From IMG/VR virus record IMGVR_UViG_3300047458_000106: 64,000 nt of DNA; one strand, given 5' to 3'. Source of the stretch: an uncultured virus (IMG/VR IMGVR_UViG_3300047458_000106) (lineage: Duplodnaviria > Heunggongvirae > Uroviricota > Caudoviricetes). Under the pieces are notes generated by a model. The model was not told the origin of the DNA, did no database searches, and worked only from the letters and a program-made list of their open reading frames with translations. The position numbers were made by a program, and so were the translations under genes. Shown piece after piece: positions 27,674 through 38,755 of this stretch (positions are counted from its first letter, which is position 1; the number at the start of each line of letters is the position of its first letter).

Positions 27674-28723
27674 ATGGCATCTATAATGGATAAGTTGAAG
27701 AAAAATTCAACACTAGGAAATACTGCGATACTTTCTGATTCTAAATTCTTTACTGAATCAGATATGGTAACTACAGACGTACCCATGATTAACGTAGCAT
27801 TAAGTGGTAACTTCGATGGTGGTGTAATGCCAGGTCTTACTGTTCTTGCTGGACCAAGTAAACACTTCAAGACATCGTTTGCATTAAAAATGGCATCGTC
27901 TTATTTAAAAGAAAAGAAAGATGCAGTATTACTATTTTATGATTCAGAGTTTGGTTCACCACAATCTTACTTTGAACAATTTGATATTGACACAAAGAGA
28001 GTTTTACATACACCTATTACTAACGTAGAAGAATTAAAGTTTGACTTGATTAGACAACTAGAAGAATTAGATAGAGACGATGATGTAATCGTTGTGATTG
28101 ATTCTATTGGTAACCTTGCAAGTAAAAAAGAACTTGAAGACACGTTCAATGAAAAGTCAGTCGCAGATATGTCTCGTGCAAAATCATTGAAAGGTTTATT
28201 TAGAATGACAACACCTTATTTAAAAATGAAAAACATACCGCTTCTTGCAGTAAATCATACTTATAAAGAAATTGGTCTGTTCCCTAAAGACGTTGTTGGT
28301 GGTGGTACTGGTATCTATTATTCTGCAGACAACATCTGGATTATAGGTAGAAGACAACAAAAAACTGGCACAGAAGTTACTGGTTATGAATTTGTTATCA
28401 ACATTGAAAAAAGTAGATATGTTAAAGAAAAGTCTAAGATTCCTATTTCAGTATCATGGGAAGGTGGCATAGAAGAGTTTAGTGGTCTACTCGATGTTGC
28501 ACTTGCTGGTGGTTATGTAGTCAAACCTAGTAATGGTTGGTACCAAGTAGTCAATAAAGAATCTGGTGAAATGATTGGCAGTAAACTAAGAGAAAAAGAT
28601 ACTTTGACAGGCGAGTTCTGGAATCCTATCTTTGCAGATACAGACTTTAAAGATTTTGTTAAGAATCAATATTCTATTGGTTTGACTTCAAAAGTAGATA
28701 TGGAAGAAATCGTTAGTGAATGA
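27674..28723 (+). CDS. uvsX: UvsX RecA-like recombinase
   Basis: GPSKHFKT, YDSEFG, DSIGNLASKKE. Confidence 0.96.
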   Translation: MASIMDKLKKNSTLGNTAILSDSKFFTESDMVTTDVPMINVALSGNFDGGVMPGLTVLAGPSKHFKTSFALKMASSYLKEKKDAVLLFYDSEFGSPQSYFEQFDIDTKRVLHTPITNVEELKFDLIRQLEELDRDDDVIVVIDSIGNLASKKELEDTFNEKSVADMSRAKSLKGLFRMTTPYLKMKNIPLLAVNHTYKEIGLFPKDVVGGGTGIYYSADNIWIIGRRQQKTGTEVTGYEFVINIEKSRYVKEKSKIPISVSWEGGIEEFSGLLDVALAGGYVVKPSNGWYQVVNKESGEMIGSKLREKDTLTGEFWNPIFADTDFKDFVKNQYSIGLTSKVDMEEIVSE

Positions 28724-29099
28724 TATCGTAGATAAACTTAGTGAAGGTATTCACTATGAAATTATTCCAAGTTCGTTAGATGAAAAGGGTTGGGACGTAA
28801 GACTGCTAGAAGAGTTTCCCGAAACTGTTATACGTTATGGTAATGTTGCATTCGATGGTAAACAAGATGCACTTACTTTTAACTATAATATAGTTAGCAG
28901 TCCTGACCCTGAGTTAGAAATAGAAGGCAACTTTGAATTCCAAGAGTACTGTGGGAGAATACTAAGTAATATTATAGAGGCATCTATTGCCGATGGGTCA
29001 ATGATGGCATGGGACAAAGAGAATGAAGAAGTTCTTGCAACAAAAGAAAATTTAGAATGGGCAGAAAATGAATATAAATCTAGAACAGACGATACTTAG
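28716..29099 (+). CDS. Hypothetical protein (position of T4 gp40)
   Basis: Between uvsX and g41. Confidence 0.65.
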   Translation: MNDIVDKLSEGIHYEIIPSSLDEKGWDVRLLEEFPETVIRYGNVAFDGKQDALTFNYNIVSSPDPELEIEGNFEFQEYCGRILSNIIEASIADGSMMAWDKENEEVLATKENLEWAENEYKSRTDDT

Positions 29100-30456
29100 A
29101 AATCTTCTTACTAATGAAGAATACACACGTAGAGTATTACCATTTCTAGCACCTGATTATTTCGAAGGTGTTTACAAAGACTTATTTAAAGAAGTCGCAA
29201 AGTTTGTATCTAAGTATAATAAGATACCAACTCTTGAATCATTTAAAATTGAAGTCGATGAAGGCAACAGATTAAGTGAAGAAAACTATCGACAAGCAAT
29301 TGAAATGTTGCCTAATATTTTTACTGCTGAATCTGAGAATCTAGACTGGTTAGTTGAAAGAACTGAAAAGTGGTGTCAAGACCGTTCTGTATATAATGCA
29401 GTTATGGAATCTATATCTATCATCGATGGTAAACATGCAACACTTCAAAAGAATGCAATACCCGATGTTCTATCGAAAGCACTTGGTGTTTCTTTTGATA
29501 CTAATATTGGTCACGATTATCTTGAACAAGTAGATGAACGTTATGATTATTATCATGAACAAGAAGAACGTATTCCTTTTGACTTAGATAACTTTAATAA
29601 AATAACTAAAGGTGGTTTACCAAACAAAACTTTAAACATTGCTCTTGCAGGCACTGGTGTTGGTAAATCTTTATTCATGTGTCACTTAGCATCTAATATA
29701 TTATCACAAGGTAGAAACGTCTTATATATTACTATGGAAATGGCAGAAGAAAAAATTGCAGAAAGAATCGATGCTAACTTATTAAATATACCAATCGACC
29801 AGATTGAGAATCTATCTAAAGATATGTTTAAAGATAAAGTATCTCAGATAACTGCAAAGACAGATGGTAAATTAATTATCAAAGAATATCCAACTGGTCA
29901 AGCAAACACTTCACACTTTCGTGCATTACTTAATGAATTAAAACTTAAGAAAAACTTTATACCAGAAATAATCTTTGTTGACTATCTAAACATTTGTGCA
30001 TCAAGTAGAATGAAAATGATTGGTGGTAGTATCAACTCTTATTCTTATATCAAGAGTATTGCAGAAGAAATGCGAGGTCTTGCAGTAGAATTCAATGTCC
30101 CGATTATGAGTGCAACACAAACAAATAGAAGCGGGTTTACTAGTGACGACCCTGGGTTAGAAGATACTTCTGAGTCATTTGGTTTGCCAGCAACTGCTGA
30201 CTTAATGTTTGCATTAATATCAAATGAAGAATTAAATACAATGGGTAAGATACTTGTCAAGCAACTAAAAAACAGGTATAACGACCCAACTAAATACAAT
30301 AGATTCACACTAAAAATTGACAGAAGTAAAATGCGATTATCAGATGATGATAATCAAAATGTTGTGACAAATGATGATGATACACCTGTATTTGATAAGT
30401 CAACATCAGGCGAAAGAGTAAGTTCAGAAAAATTTAAAGATTTTAAATGGGAATAG
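29068..30456 (+). CDS. g41: Replicative helicase (gp41)
   Basis: AGTGVGKS, TMEM, DYLNI, SATQ, SESFGLPATAD, KQLKNRY. Confidence 0.96.
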   Translation: MNINLEQTILRNLLTNEEYTRRVLPFLAPDYFEGVYKDLFKEVAKFVSKYNKIPTLESFKIEVDEGNRLSEENYRQAIEMLPNIFTAESENLDWLVERTEKWCQDRSVYNAVMESISIIDGKHATLQKNAIPDVLSKALGVSFDTNIGHDYLEQVDERYDYYHEQEERIPFDLDNFNKITKGGLPNKTLNIALAGTGVGKSLFMCHLASNILSQGRNVLYITMEMAEEKIAERIDANLLNIPIDQIENLSKDMFKDKVSQITAKTDGKLIIKEYPTGQANTSHFRALLNELKLKKNFIPEIIFVDYLNICASSRMKMIGGSINSYSYIKSIAEEMRGLAVEFNVPIMSATQTNRSGFTSDDPGLEDTSESFGLPATADLMFALISNEELNTMGKILVKQLKNRYNDPTKYNRFTLKIDRSKMRLSDDDNQNVVTNDDDTPVFDKSTSGERVSSEKFKDFKWE

Positions 30457-30650
30457 TAAATAAAGTAAAAGACACATTATGGGGTGCACCAGACAAAGGT
30501 ATATCTGGTGAACCAGACCCAGGAGAATTAAGTGTTGACAATGCATATAAAACTAGATGGATATGGTATCATACTATCTTGGGTATTGAATTGTTGATAG
30601 TTATATTAATACAGTTAGCAATATTAGTTGTGTTAGCAGTAAAATTATAG
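30447..30650 (+). CDS. Small membrane protein
   Basis: C-terminal hydrophobic helix. Confidence 0.65.
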   Translation: MGIVNKVKDTLWGAPDKGISGEPDPGELSVDNAYKTRWIWYHTILGIELLIVILIQLAILVVLAVKL

Positions 30651-30658
30651 GAGAAAAT

Positions 30659-30925
30659 ATGGCAGATATAAAAACTGTTGTGACTACTTATGGAGAATAT
30701 ATAGGTGCAATTGAAGAAGGTGCAGATGTAATCAGATTAAAAAACCCTAGAATGGTTATACAATCTCAAGAAGGTTTTGGTTTTGCAAAAGGAGTTTGTG
30801 TAACTTCTGTAGAATCACCAGAAGAAATTATACTTAAGAAACCACAAGTTGTTTTAGTTGTTGATACTCATGCAGATGTTAAAAAAGCATATGAAGAAGC
30901 AACATCGGTAATAGAAAGAGTATGA
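30659..30925 (+). CDS. Hypothetical protein (possible Sm-like fold)
   Basis: AGGAG SD; T..GE.IG...L.NPR. Confidence 0.65.
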   Translation: MADIKTVVTTYGEYIGAIEEGADVIRLKNPRMVIQSQEGFGFAKGVCVTSVESPEEIILKKPQVVLVVDTHADVKKAYEEATSVIERV

Positions 30926-31599
30926 CAAAAGTATTAATTACTGGACATACTTCTGGTATTGGTAAAGCAATACTAGAAAATTGTCCTAGTGATTACGAAG
31001 TGCAAGGCATTTCCCGTGCAACTGGTCATGACATTGTACAAAATCTTTCAGACATTCTTGGTTTTATAAAAGAATATAAACCAGATATATTATTCAATAA
31101 TGTTTGGGGAGATGGCAATCAAAATCAGATTGCTACTTGGTTTGTAGATAGATTTGAAAAAGGTATTATGATTACAACTGGTTCAATTCTTGGTTACAAA
31201 TATTTAGCAGACAATATTGATAATTTTTATGACCATTTATTAAAACAACCATATATGCAGTATAACGAAAATAAAGCAAAATTATTATTAGAAGCATTTA
31301 TGTGGAAATTAAGAAACAGAAATGGAAAAGATGTATACTGGACAAACTATAGTCTTGGTCTAACTAAAACAGGATTGACAAACAGAGACATACATGGTAA
31401 CTTTGACCCAACAAAACACAAAGATTACCCAATGTTAGAACCAGATGATGTTGCTAAAAGAATGTGGAAAGATATAGAGAATAAATTATACTTAGAGCAG
31501 TTTGAAGTCGCACTTGAACAAAACAGAAACTGGGAAGACAAAGACAGAGTACAAGTTTTTATGGACTTAATTACAAATATAGAAATGTATGGTGCATAA
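30922..31599 (+). CDS. Short-chain dehydrogenase-like protein
   Basis: ITGHTSGIG, NN, YxxxK (YNENK). Confidence 0.7.
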   Translation: MTKVLITGHTSGIGKAILENCPSDYEVQGISRATGHDIVQNLSDILGFIKEYKPDILFNNVWGDGNQNQIATWFVDRFEKGIMITTGSILGYKYLADNIDNFYDHLLKQPYMQYNENKAKLLLEAFMWKLRNRNGKDVYWTNYSLGLTKTGLTNRDIHGNFDPTKHKDYPMLEPDDVAKRMWKDIENKLYLEQFEVALEQNRNWEDKDRVQVFMDLITNIEMYGA

Positions 31600-31878
31600 A
31601 TGACTGAGTATAGCGAAGCAGTAGAACGACAAAAAATATTAATTGAAGCAGAAAAGTGGGCAAAACAAATTAACCAAATACATTGTCACTCACTAACATC
31701 AATGTACTACGATACTGTAGAAACTAAAGAAGAACTAATAAAAAATGGACCTGTTACAGACACAACATATAATAGTGGTCTTATTATCAGAACAAGAAAC
31801 AATAAAGAAGTTTGTAGATTTGGTATAGAAAGAACTGGTGATGATTTAATAAATTGGTATGGCAGAAGTAGTAGTTAA
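31600..31878 (+). CDS. Hypothetical protein
   Basis: 92-aa coupled ORF. Confidence 0.65.
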   Translation: MTEYSEAVERQKILIEAEKWAKQINQIHCHSLTSMYYDTVETKEELIKNGPVTDTTYNSGLIIRTRNNKEVCRFGIERTGDDLINWYGRSSS

Positions 31879-32491
31879 TAATTCTTATTATAACAACAAG
31901 TTAAATAATTTAATAGATGAATTTTATTCTTTAGATTATGACAATATGGACTATGCGACAATTAGTGGTGATTTAGATAATGGCGAATACTATTGCTCTA
32001 GAGAATACTTAAATGATGTTATGTCAAGAGAACATGCTGGGTTTCCTGATGCTTATTATAATAGTTCTATAAGTAATGCATTTGAAAAAAATCCAAATAA
32101 ATGGAAATTGTTTTTTGAATATTACAAATACGAATTTCCACCAGAAATTGGTGCAAAACATAATGCTTTATTAAATTACTATCCACCAGGTGGATTCATA
32201 GGTTGGCACACAAACTGGAATGCATCTGCCTATCAAATGTTATTTACGTATAGTCTTGATGGTAATGGGTATTTTAATTACTTAGACAATAAAACAAATG
32301 AAATAGTTACTATACCAGACAAGAAAGGTTGGCAATGTCGTTGGTTCTATTTTGGTGAAAAGAATGACCCAGACAATCATTGTTGGCATTCTGCATATAC
32401 TTCGTGTGATAGATTTACAATGGCAGTTAAGTTTGACGATTTAAATTATTTACATGATGTAATTGAAGACTTGACAAGTAATGATGATTAA
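31859..32491 (+). CDS. Cupin/2OG-Fe(II)-like protein
   Basis: YYPPGGFIGWHTN...CWHSA....R. Confidence 0.6.
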   Translation: MAEVVVNNSYYNNKLNNLIDEFYSLDYDNMDYATISGDLDNGEYYCSREYLNDVMSREHAGFPDAYYNSSISNAFEKNPNKWKLFFEYYKYEFPPEIGAKHNALLNYYPPGGFIGWHTNWNASAYQMLFTYSLDGNGYFNYLDNKTNEIVTIPDKKGWQCRWFYFGEKNDPDNHCWHSAYTSCDRFTMAVKFDDLNYLHDVIEDLTSNDD

Positions 32492-32736
32492 TGTATAATA
32501 TAGGAAAAAAAATGAAATATACAATTATTGTAACAACACTTGCATTTATAATTAGTTGCTCGTCATTACCTTTGACTAGTAAATCATGGGGAATGAAAGA
32601 GAACACTAACATATGCTTTTTTAATAACAAGGGTAATCCTATCTGTCAGAAAAAACTTAACGGAACTATCTTATGTGGTAAGACAGAAGTTGGTCAAGAG
32701 ATTTGTGTAGATATGACACCCGCAACTATATACTAA
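32491..32736 (+). CDS. Small Cys-rich putative lipoprotein
   Basis: Signal-like N-terminus with IISC lipobox. Confidence 0.5.
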   Translation: MYNIGKKMKYTIIVTTLAFIISCSSLPLTSKSWGMKENTNICFFNNKGNPICQKKLNGTILCGKTEVGQEICVDMTPATIY

Positions 32737-33023
32737 TGATGAAGAAAAAAATAGATTACAAATATAATGAGAATGATAATATTCTTGAATTATTAAAATA
32801 TGTTAACTCGACTTACGAGCAACATTATTCTAAAAACAAGTTTCAAGCAACTGAGTTTATCATTGATGGTGGTCATGGTGAAGGTTTTTGTATCGGTAAT
32901 ATTATGAAATATGCACAACGATATGGAAACAAGAATGGGTACAATAGACAAGACTTATTAAAAGTTATTCACTATGCCCTAATTATGCTTCACGTTCACG
33001 ACAAGACTCATTCGAAACGATAA
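32736..33023 (+). CDS. DUF3310-like protein (T7 gp1.7 nucleotide-kinase-like)
   Basis: HY, GFCIGNIMKY..RYG.K....DL.K..HY. Confidence 0.7.
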   Translation: MMKKKIDYKYNENDNILELLKYVNSTYEQHYSKNKFQATEFIIDGGHGEGFCIGNIMKYAQRYGNKNGYNRQDLLKVIHYALIMLHVHDKTHSKR

Positions 33024-33204
33024 ACTCTTTCATATCAGTTATCCAATTTCGCATTCTTTGTGCCTGCTTTTCATGAAAGTTTTTGTTTTTTAAATCTTTC
33101 ATAGATTGTTCAATATGAAAATCGTATAGTCTAGTTGCAAATGCAATTGCATCTTGATATGGCATACGAACTGAATTTGAAAAAGACCTCTCTACTTTTT
33201 TCAT
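32983..33204 (-). CDS. Hypothetical protein, last gene of the curli operon
   Basis: ATGA overlap with the cyclase stop. Confidence 0.65.
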   Translation of the reverse strand: MKKVERSFSNSVRMPYQDAIAFATRLYDFHIEQSMKDLKNKNFHEKQAQRMRNWITDMKEFIVSNESCREREA

Positions 33205-35027
33205 GGTGAATATATTTCTATTTTTTCTTCTTTACCTTTTACTTTAATTACATCTAACTTTTTAAATAAAAAGTCTTTACGACTATATCCATATTGACGA
33301 ATAGAGTTTACAGTATCTTGACTGATAAGTATTCTGTTGTTTTTATATTTGCCTCTGGCCGCTAATGCTTCCAAACGAGCGGCGAGATTAACAGAGTCTC
33401 CGATGACGGAATAATCAAATCGGGAAACAGAACCCATGTTCCCAACGATGCAGTCACCAGTATTAATACCAATGCCGACATTGATGCTAGGAAGATTTTT
33501 TCTTTTAAATTCATCTTGTATTATCTCTAGTTCTTGTTCTATTTCTACTGCAGAAATACATGCCATTTCTGCATGATACGTATTGTCTAATGGTGCATTC
33601 CAAAATGCCATTATACAATCACCCATGTATTTATCAATTGTGCCTCCATTACTTAGTATAATATTAGACGTTCTATCTAAAAAGTTATTAACTAATTCCA
33701 CTAGACCTTCAGGGTCATCATTATTTTTGTAATGTTCTGATATTGGTGTAAACCCAACTATGTCCATAAAAAAGAATGTCATGTTCTTTCTCTCACCACC
33801 AAGTTTTAGTAGACTTGGGTCTTCTGCAAGTTTATCTACCATGTCTGGTGATAGATACGTTTTGAACTGGCCTTTTATCATTTCTTTTAGTTTGTATGTC
33901 ACGTAGTACTTGTTAAATGATGCATGTCCGAACACCAGAAGCGATGCCAGTGACGTATAAATTACATCGATAAGCAATAAAGCAGTAAACCAATAATATA
34001 GTCCTGTTGCGACTATACTACCAATCATAGCAAGAGATAATATGCCACTTAGATACGTAGGCAATCTATATACCATAAGTAGTATTAATAACATACTCAT
34101 TGTTAAAACAAGTATCTCTAATTGTTCAAGAAAGAAATGTCTTTGTACTTGTACACCACTTACAACAGTTTGAATTAAGTTTGCTTGAACATCATGTGGG
34201 TACATCGCACCCATTGGTGTTGGCACTGGATTTACTAATCCACCAGCAGATAAACCAATGATATACATTTGTCCATCTGGCATTGGTTCACCAAAAGAGA
34301 TACGTTTAAACTTATTCCAATATGCAATTTGTATGTTAGAGTTAGGTGTGGTAGACATTTTATCTAATTTACCCATTCTTACCCATTCAACACCTGCTTC
34401 TTTTACTTTCATCGCATAATTAGGTTGACGATTCCAAACACGTAAAGTTTCTAGTGCGAGAGAAGGATAGATATGACTATTTGCAATTACCATTAATGGT
34501 GCTTCACGAACTATACCATCAATACTTGGTGCGGCACTTACAACACCGACACCAACAGGATTTAATTCTTTTATAGGTGTAGAAATACCTTTATAAGTAT
34601 ACAACCAGTCACTAGGGTCACCTTTACCTAGTTTACCAAAACCAAGAAAAGGTTTATCGCCTTTATTTGATACGTTTGTAGGAATAGAAGATAATATAAC
34701 TTCTCTTTTTGACATCGCATATGCAAGGTCATTGTCACCATCAAATCTATCGGGTTCAGTAAATCCCATGTTCATTACATACAAAGACAATGCCCCATTT
34801 GAAGTTAAAACTTTTGCATAGACATCACGTGGAAATGGAAATTGTCCAAACTTCTCTAGAGACTTTTCATCGATATCGACTAGAACAATCCCAGAGTCTA
34901 CAGGAGTTTGTAGATATTGTAGTGAATCAAAATAGTTTAAACGAAACTGTTCTACTAATTTAGGGTCAACAACACGAACACCAATTAATAATACTATTGT
35001 TATAAGAACAACTTTCCAATTGTACAT
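33201..35027 (-). CDS. CHASE2-domain class III adenylate cyclase
   Basis: VDIDEKSL..GQFPFPR (CHASE2); 3 TM helices; FFMDIVGFT, DKYMGDCIMAFW, DYSVIGDSVNLAARLE. Confidence 0.93.
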   Translation of the reverse strand: MYNWKVVLITIVLLIGVRVVDPKLVEQFRLNYFDSLQYLQTPVDSGIVLVDIDEKSLEKFGQFPFPRDVYAKVLTSNGALSLYVMNMGFTEPDRFDGDNDLAYAMSKREVILSSIPTNVSNKGDKPFLGFGKLGKGDPSDWLYTYKGISTPIKELNPVGVGVVSAAPSIDGIVREAPLMVIANSHIYPSLALETLRVWNRQPNYAMKVKEAGVEWVRMGKLDKMSTTPNSNIQIAYWNKFKRISFGEPMPDGQMYIIGLSAGGLVNPVPTPMGAMYPHDVQANLIQTVVSGVQVQRHFFLEQLEILVLTMSMLLILLMVYRLPTYLSGILSLAMIGSIVATGLYYWFTALLLIDVIYTSLASLLVFGHASFNKYYVTYKLKEMIKGQFKTYLSPDMVDKLAEDPSLLKLGGERKNMTFFFMDIVGFTPISEHYKNNDDPEGLVELVNNFLDRTSNIILSNGGTIDKYMGDCIMAFWNAPLDNTYHAEMACISAVEIEQELEIIQDEFKRKNLPSINVGIGINTGDCIVGNMGSVSRFDYSVIGDSVNLAARLEALAARGKYKNNRILISQDTVNSIRQYGYSRKDFLFKKLDVIKVKGKEEKIEIYSP

Positions 35028-35030
35028 TGT

Positions 35031-35876
35031 TTATTGTTGTGTAACAGAAATGCTACAACCACCCATAGTTTGACAGTTTTGTGATAGTGAATAAGACTGA
35101 GCAGAGTTGCCTTGCTGACTTAAATTTAATGTTGTTGGACTAGAACCAGTTAAAGATATATTTGCAGTATGTGTTGCATAACCACTTTGATACCCTGTGA
35201 CATTATTTCCATCATTGTACGTATATAGATTTACAGTTTTTACACCATCAGTATTTTGTCTCCAGAATACATTATTATTATCAGAGTAAAGATAAAATGT
35301 TGCTTGGTGTTCACTATAGATACCTGCAGATGAATTTCTTTGACTACCTGCAAGATTATTATTATCTCCGTGAATATCGATAGTTGCATCATGACCACCA
35401 CCTTCACTTCCGTCCCATGCAAAAGTCGTATCGTTCAGAGAACTAAGAATATATCCTTGACCCCAACGAACATTGTTATCGTCACCATAAATGTGAAGAC
35501 CTATGTGAGATTCTTTACAGAGTGAACCACGACCACATATTTGTGCAAAGTGTAAATTATTAAATGTTCCGTCTATATCACCACTACTTAAACTACCCCA
35601 ATGCCCATAACTTACTTTGTTATTATGTCCATGCTGAATTATTTTTACTTCGTTACCTTGATGTTGCATCGAGAAGTCTACTTTATTATCTTTACCTTCT
35701 TGTTCTATAAACAACTTTGTGCCTTCGCCACTTTGAGTGATATATATTTCGTTATCTGCAAATGCATACTCACAACCTGCAATACCAAATGCAAATAGAA
35801 TCCACATTGTCAAAATAGTTTTGAAACCCTGTGGTGATATTTCTTCTTTAATACGTTGTATGTAATATTTAATCAT
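35031..35876 (-). CDS. Curlin-like repeat protein
   Basis: Signal ending AFA-DNEIYITQSG; Q.G..N repeats. Confidence 0.75.
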   Translation of the reverse strand: MIKYYIQRIKEEISPQGFKTILTMWILFAFGIAGCEYAFADNEIYITQSGEGTKLFIEQEGKDNKVDFSMQHQGNEVKIIQHGHNNKVSYGHWGSLSSGDIDGTFNNLHFAQICGRGSLCKESHIGLHIYGDDNNVRWGQGYILSSLNDTTFAWDGSEGGGHDATIDIHGDNNNLAGSQRNSSAGIYSEHQATFYLYSDNNNVFWRQNTDGVKTVNLYTYNDGNNVTGYQSGYATHTANISLTGSSPTTLNLSQQGNSAQSYSLSQNCQTMGGCSISVTQQ

Positions 35877-37024
35877 TCTTGTATTATTATGATTCTTGCT
35901 TGTGAACCATCCCCTAGAGTTATTTCACTTGGTTTTTGATTAGTATATGTTTCAATAACGGCATTAGTATATATTGCATGTGTTATTCTAATAATACCTT
36001 CTACCTCTCTGGTCATAACAATAGTTTCTTCTTCTTTGTTGATAAATGTATTATATTGACTATCTTCATCAAAACCAACTTGAGTGCCTTCAATATTAAT
36101 ATTACCTGTATCTGCGACTTCTCTATCAATTTCATTTATCTTATCAAGTTCTGCAGTAATATCTAATAAGTCTTGAAGAAACTCAACATCTAATAAATTA
36201 ATATCTAATTCAGTATACTCTAATTCTTCTTTGTCTTCTAGTGCATCATCTTCTAAGGCATCGTATGCCAAAAAGTCAACATCTAAAATCCCTTGAGTAT
36301 CGTCTTCTTTACTTTCTCTTTCTCTTTCTACTTCTTTTATTTCTTTTGGTGGATTGACAATAAACATATTGTTGATTGAATCAGGTGTAATTCCTTCAAG
36401 AATAACTGTTCTTTGTGGCATGACATCATATGACTGTAACATCATAGATTGATATGCTTCATTTAATGTAATCGTGCCACCAGCATTTGTAATAAATATT
36501 TCACCAGATGATTTACCAGTTTTATCAGGTAGTAATACTACTAGAGTTCTACCGAGTTCATCAACTGTAGTTGTAAAATCTGTACCACGAATACCTATCT
36601 GAGCAGTGGGCGTAGAGATATCGACATTTGCCTTATCAATTCTTGCACCTGTACCAGAAGTAAATCTAGCAGTACCCAATGCCATTCGCATCGTCATCTT
36701 CGACAACGATGGGTCTGGGTCATAATATACTTCGTCAATATAAATTCTTGTGTGTTCAGTCAATGCTAATTCTTCTTCATCTTTGAACTCAATTAACATT
36801 CTGCCATTACCAGTAATAGCAGTATCATTCATTTCTACATCAGGTAGACTTGTATCTGAAACAACAATCTCTTCACCAGATTGTCTTTCAAGTGCGGCAC
36901 TACCCGTGTGTTCACGAATGTCACCAATAGAGTCTGCATAAACAGACCCTATTAGTATTAGATTACTCGCCAGTATCTTGCTGAATAATCGTAATTTCTG
37001 AACCGTCTGTAACAAAACTTGCAT
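35873..37024 (-). CDS. FecR-domain protein
   Basis: D...TGNG...I.F.D, TPTAQIGIRGTDF; true start probably downstream. Confidence 0.82.
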   Translation of the reverse strand: MQVLLQTVQKLRLFSKILASNLILIGSVYADSIGDIREHTGSAALERQSGEEIVVSDTSLPDVEMNDTAITGNGRMLIEFKDEEELALTEHTRIYIDEVYYDPDPSLSKMTMRMALGTARFTSGTGARIDKANVDISTPTAQIGIRGTDFTTTVDELGRTLVVLLPDKTGKSSGEIFITNAGGTITLNEAYQSMMLQSYDVMPQRTVILEGITPDSINNMFIVNPPKEIKEVERERESKEDDTQGILDVDFLAYDALEDDALEDKEELEYTELDINLLDVEFLQDLLDITAELDKINEIDREVADTGNINIEGTQVGFDEDSQYNTFINKEEETIVMTREVEGIIRITHAIYTNAVIETYTNQKPSEITLGDGSQARIIIIQE

Positions 37025-37880
37025 CTAATATCGCCTCTGTACTATTTAAACCTGTACCTGTTCTTTGACCAACAAATACATAGTTTTTATCACCTGTTAA
37101 ATCTACAGATATTTTATTATCACTTCCATCTTCTTGAGTTGTTAATATCCAGTTGTTTGAACCAGTTATATCCCAATCCCAGATAGCATTCGAAGAGTTT
37201 ATAAAAGCACCAATAGTGTTTGAAGCACCACTACCATCAACTAGTAAGTCAATGTTGGCACCATCTGCACTACCTTCTGTAATATTCCAGGCATCCCAAT
37301 ATGCGGCATTTGACCCATAATTACTTGTAGCATTACCACCATAAGTTCCATAACCAGTGATATTACTACCAGTGAATGTATGAGCAGAGTAAGTTCTAAA
37401 ACCTGCACTATTGTTAAAAAATGCACCATCACCTAAATTATAAGGTGTGTTATAAGTTTCAGATTTATTACCCAATCTAAATGCAGTTTGGTTGTAACTG
37501 CCTTGAATATCTACATTCATATCAATGGCATCTGCACTATAGTTACTACTAGTATTACCAGATACAGTACCAATCAATTGATTGATTCTGTTATTTGAAC
37601 CTACTAGATTGTAATCTATGTTTGACCCATCTGAATTGATATCACCAAATAACAAGTTATTACTACCATTAAATAACCAGTATGCATTACTGTTACCTAT
37701 TTGTAGTTTCATATCGGTCGCATTAGAACCAGTGTTAGTATTTTGTCCAATCAAGTTTCCATTACCTGTTTGTTCAATAATAATTTCTACACCTTCTCCA
37801 ACTTGCTCGATATATATCTCATTATCTGCAAATGCAAATGCACTTACTGTTAATAATAAAGCGAGAATTAAAGTTCTCAT
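36963..37880 (-). CDS. Curlin-like repeat protein
   Basis: Signal peptide then DNEIYIEQVG; GSNN/G..N repeats. Confidence 0.75.
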   Translation of the reverse strand: MRTLILALLLTVSAFAFADNEIYIEQVGEGVEIIIEQTGNGNLIGQNTNTGSNATDMKLQIGNSNAYWLFNGSNNLLFGDINSDGSNIDYNLVGSNNRINQLIGTVSGNTSSNYSADAIDMNVDIQGSYNQTAFRLGNKSETYNTPYNLGDGAFFNNSAGFRTYSAHTFTGSNITGYGTYGGNATSNYGSNAAYWDAWNITEGSADGANIDLLVDGSGASNTIGAFINSSNAIWDWDITGSNNWILTTQEDGSDNKISVDLTGDKNYVFVGQRTGTGLNSTEAILDASFVTDGSEITIIQQDTGE

Positions 37881-38755
37881 TCTTTCTCCTTAGTTAATGA
37901 GTGTTTATCGTTGACTCCATCTGATTGATGTGGGTGACGATGACCACTCTTCATTTGCCAATAACCTCTATCGTGGCCTTGGTAAATAAGTTCTAATACT
38001 GCAACTTCAATAGCGGAGCGAACTGCAAAAGTCACACTCTCGTTAAATCCATTACCGTCTTCAAATTCCAATAACTTTGTGTCCATATCAAAGAATCGGA
38101 ATAAATCATAACCACCACCGACAGACAAAATAGTTTTTTTCGCCTGAACATTCATTAAAATTTCACCTGTTAGTGTTGAGGTTGCCCTTAGACTAACAAT
38201 TACTGAATCTCTTCTATATGATGTGTTGTGTCCAATACCTAAATATCTGGCACCACGACCACCACTTTCGATGTTAGTATCATACCCGACAACACCACCA
38301 TCGATTATAATTCCTGCAAACACTAAAGAACTTAGTGCTTTGTCTTCGTTAAACTCTTCTCTAGAACTTCTTATTATTTGTCTTTCTCTTATGAGAGCAT
38401 CTATGTTAGTTCTTTCAACTACTCTAAACCACTCTCCATTACCTGCAGTTTTAAGTGCATCAATAACAAGTAAATCTGCACCCTGTGTTACTGCAGTAGA
38501 GAAGTCTGAGAAGTTATCTCTACTTTTTCTTTGTCCTGTCTTATCTGCAAATCCATAAACTGCAACTACTACGGGTTTATCATTACTTGGACCTGGTACG
38601 TTTTTTAATTCTACTGTTGATGGCAATTTTTCTACAGTTGCACTTTCTCTACATGCTAATTGGTCATCATCGCAATCTATACGAGAATAAGAAGGTATAC
38701 TTGCACAACTTGATAGAACTAGGCATAAAAGTCCTATCAACAAAAATATTTTCAC
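37877..38755 (-). CDS. csgG: Curli secretion channel CsgG
   Basis: Lipobox LSSC; VAVYGF.DKTGQRK, FSTAVTQGA, WFRVVER, GG.GARYLGIG. Confidence 0.95.
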   Translation of the reverse strand: MKIFLLIGLLCLVLSSCASIPSYSRIDCDDDQLACRESATVEKLPSTVELKNVPGPSNDKPVVVAVYGFADKTGQRKSRDNFSDFSTAVTQGADLLVIDALKTAGNGEWFRVVERTNIDALIRERQIIRSSREEFNEDKALSSLVFAGIIIDGGVVGYDTNIESGGRGARYLGIGHNTSYRRDSVIVSLRATSTLTGEILMNVQAKKTILSVGGGYDLFRFFDMDTKLLEFEDGNGFNESVTFAVRSAIEVAVLELIYQGHDRGYWQMKSGHRHPHQSDGVNDKHSLTKEKE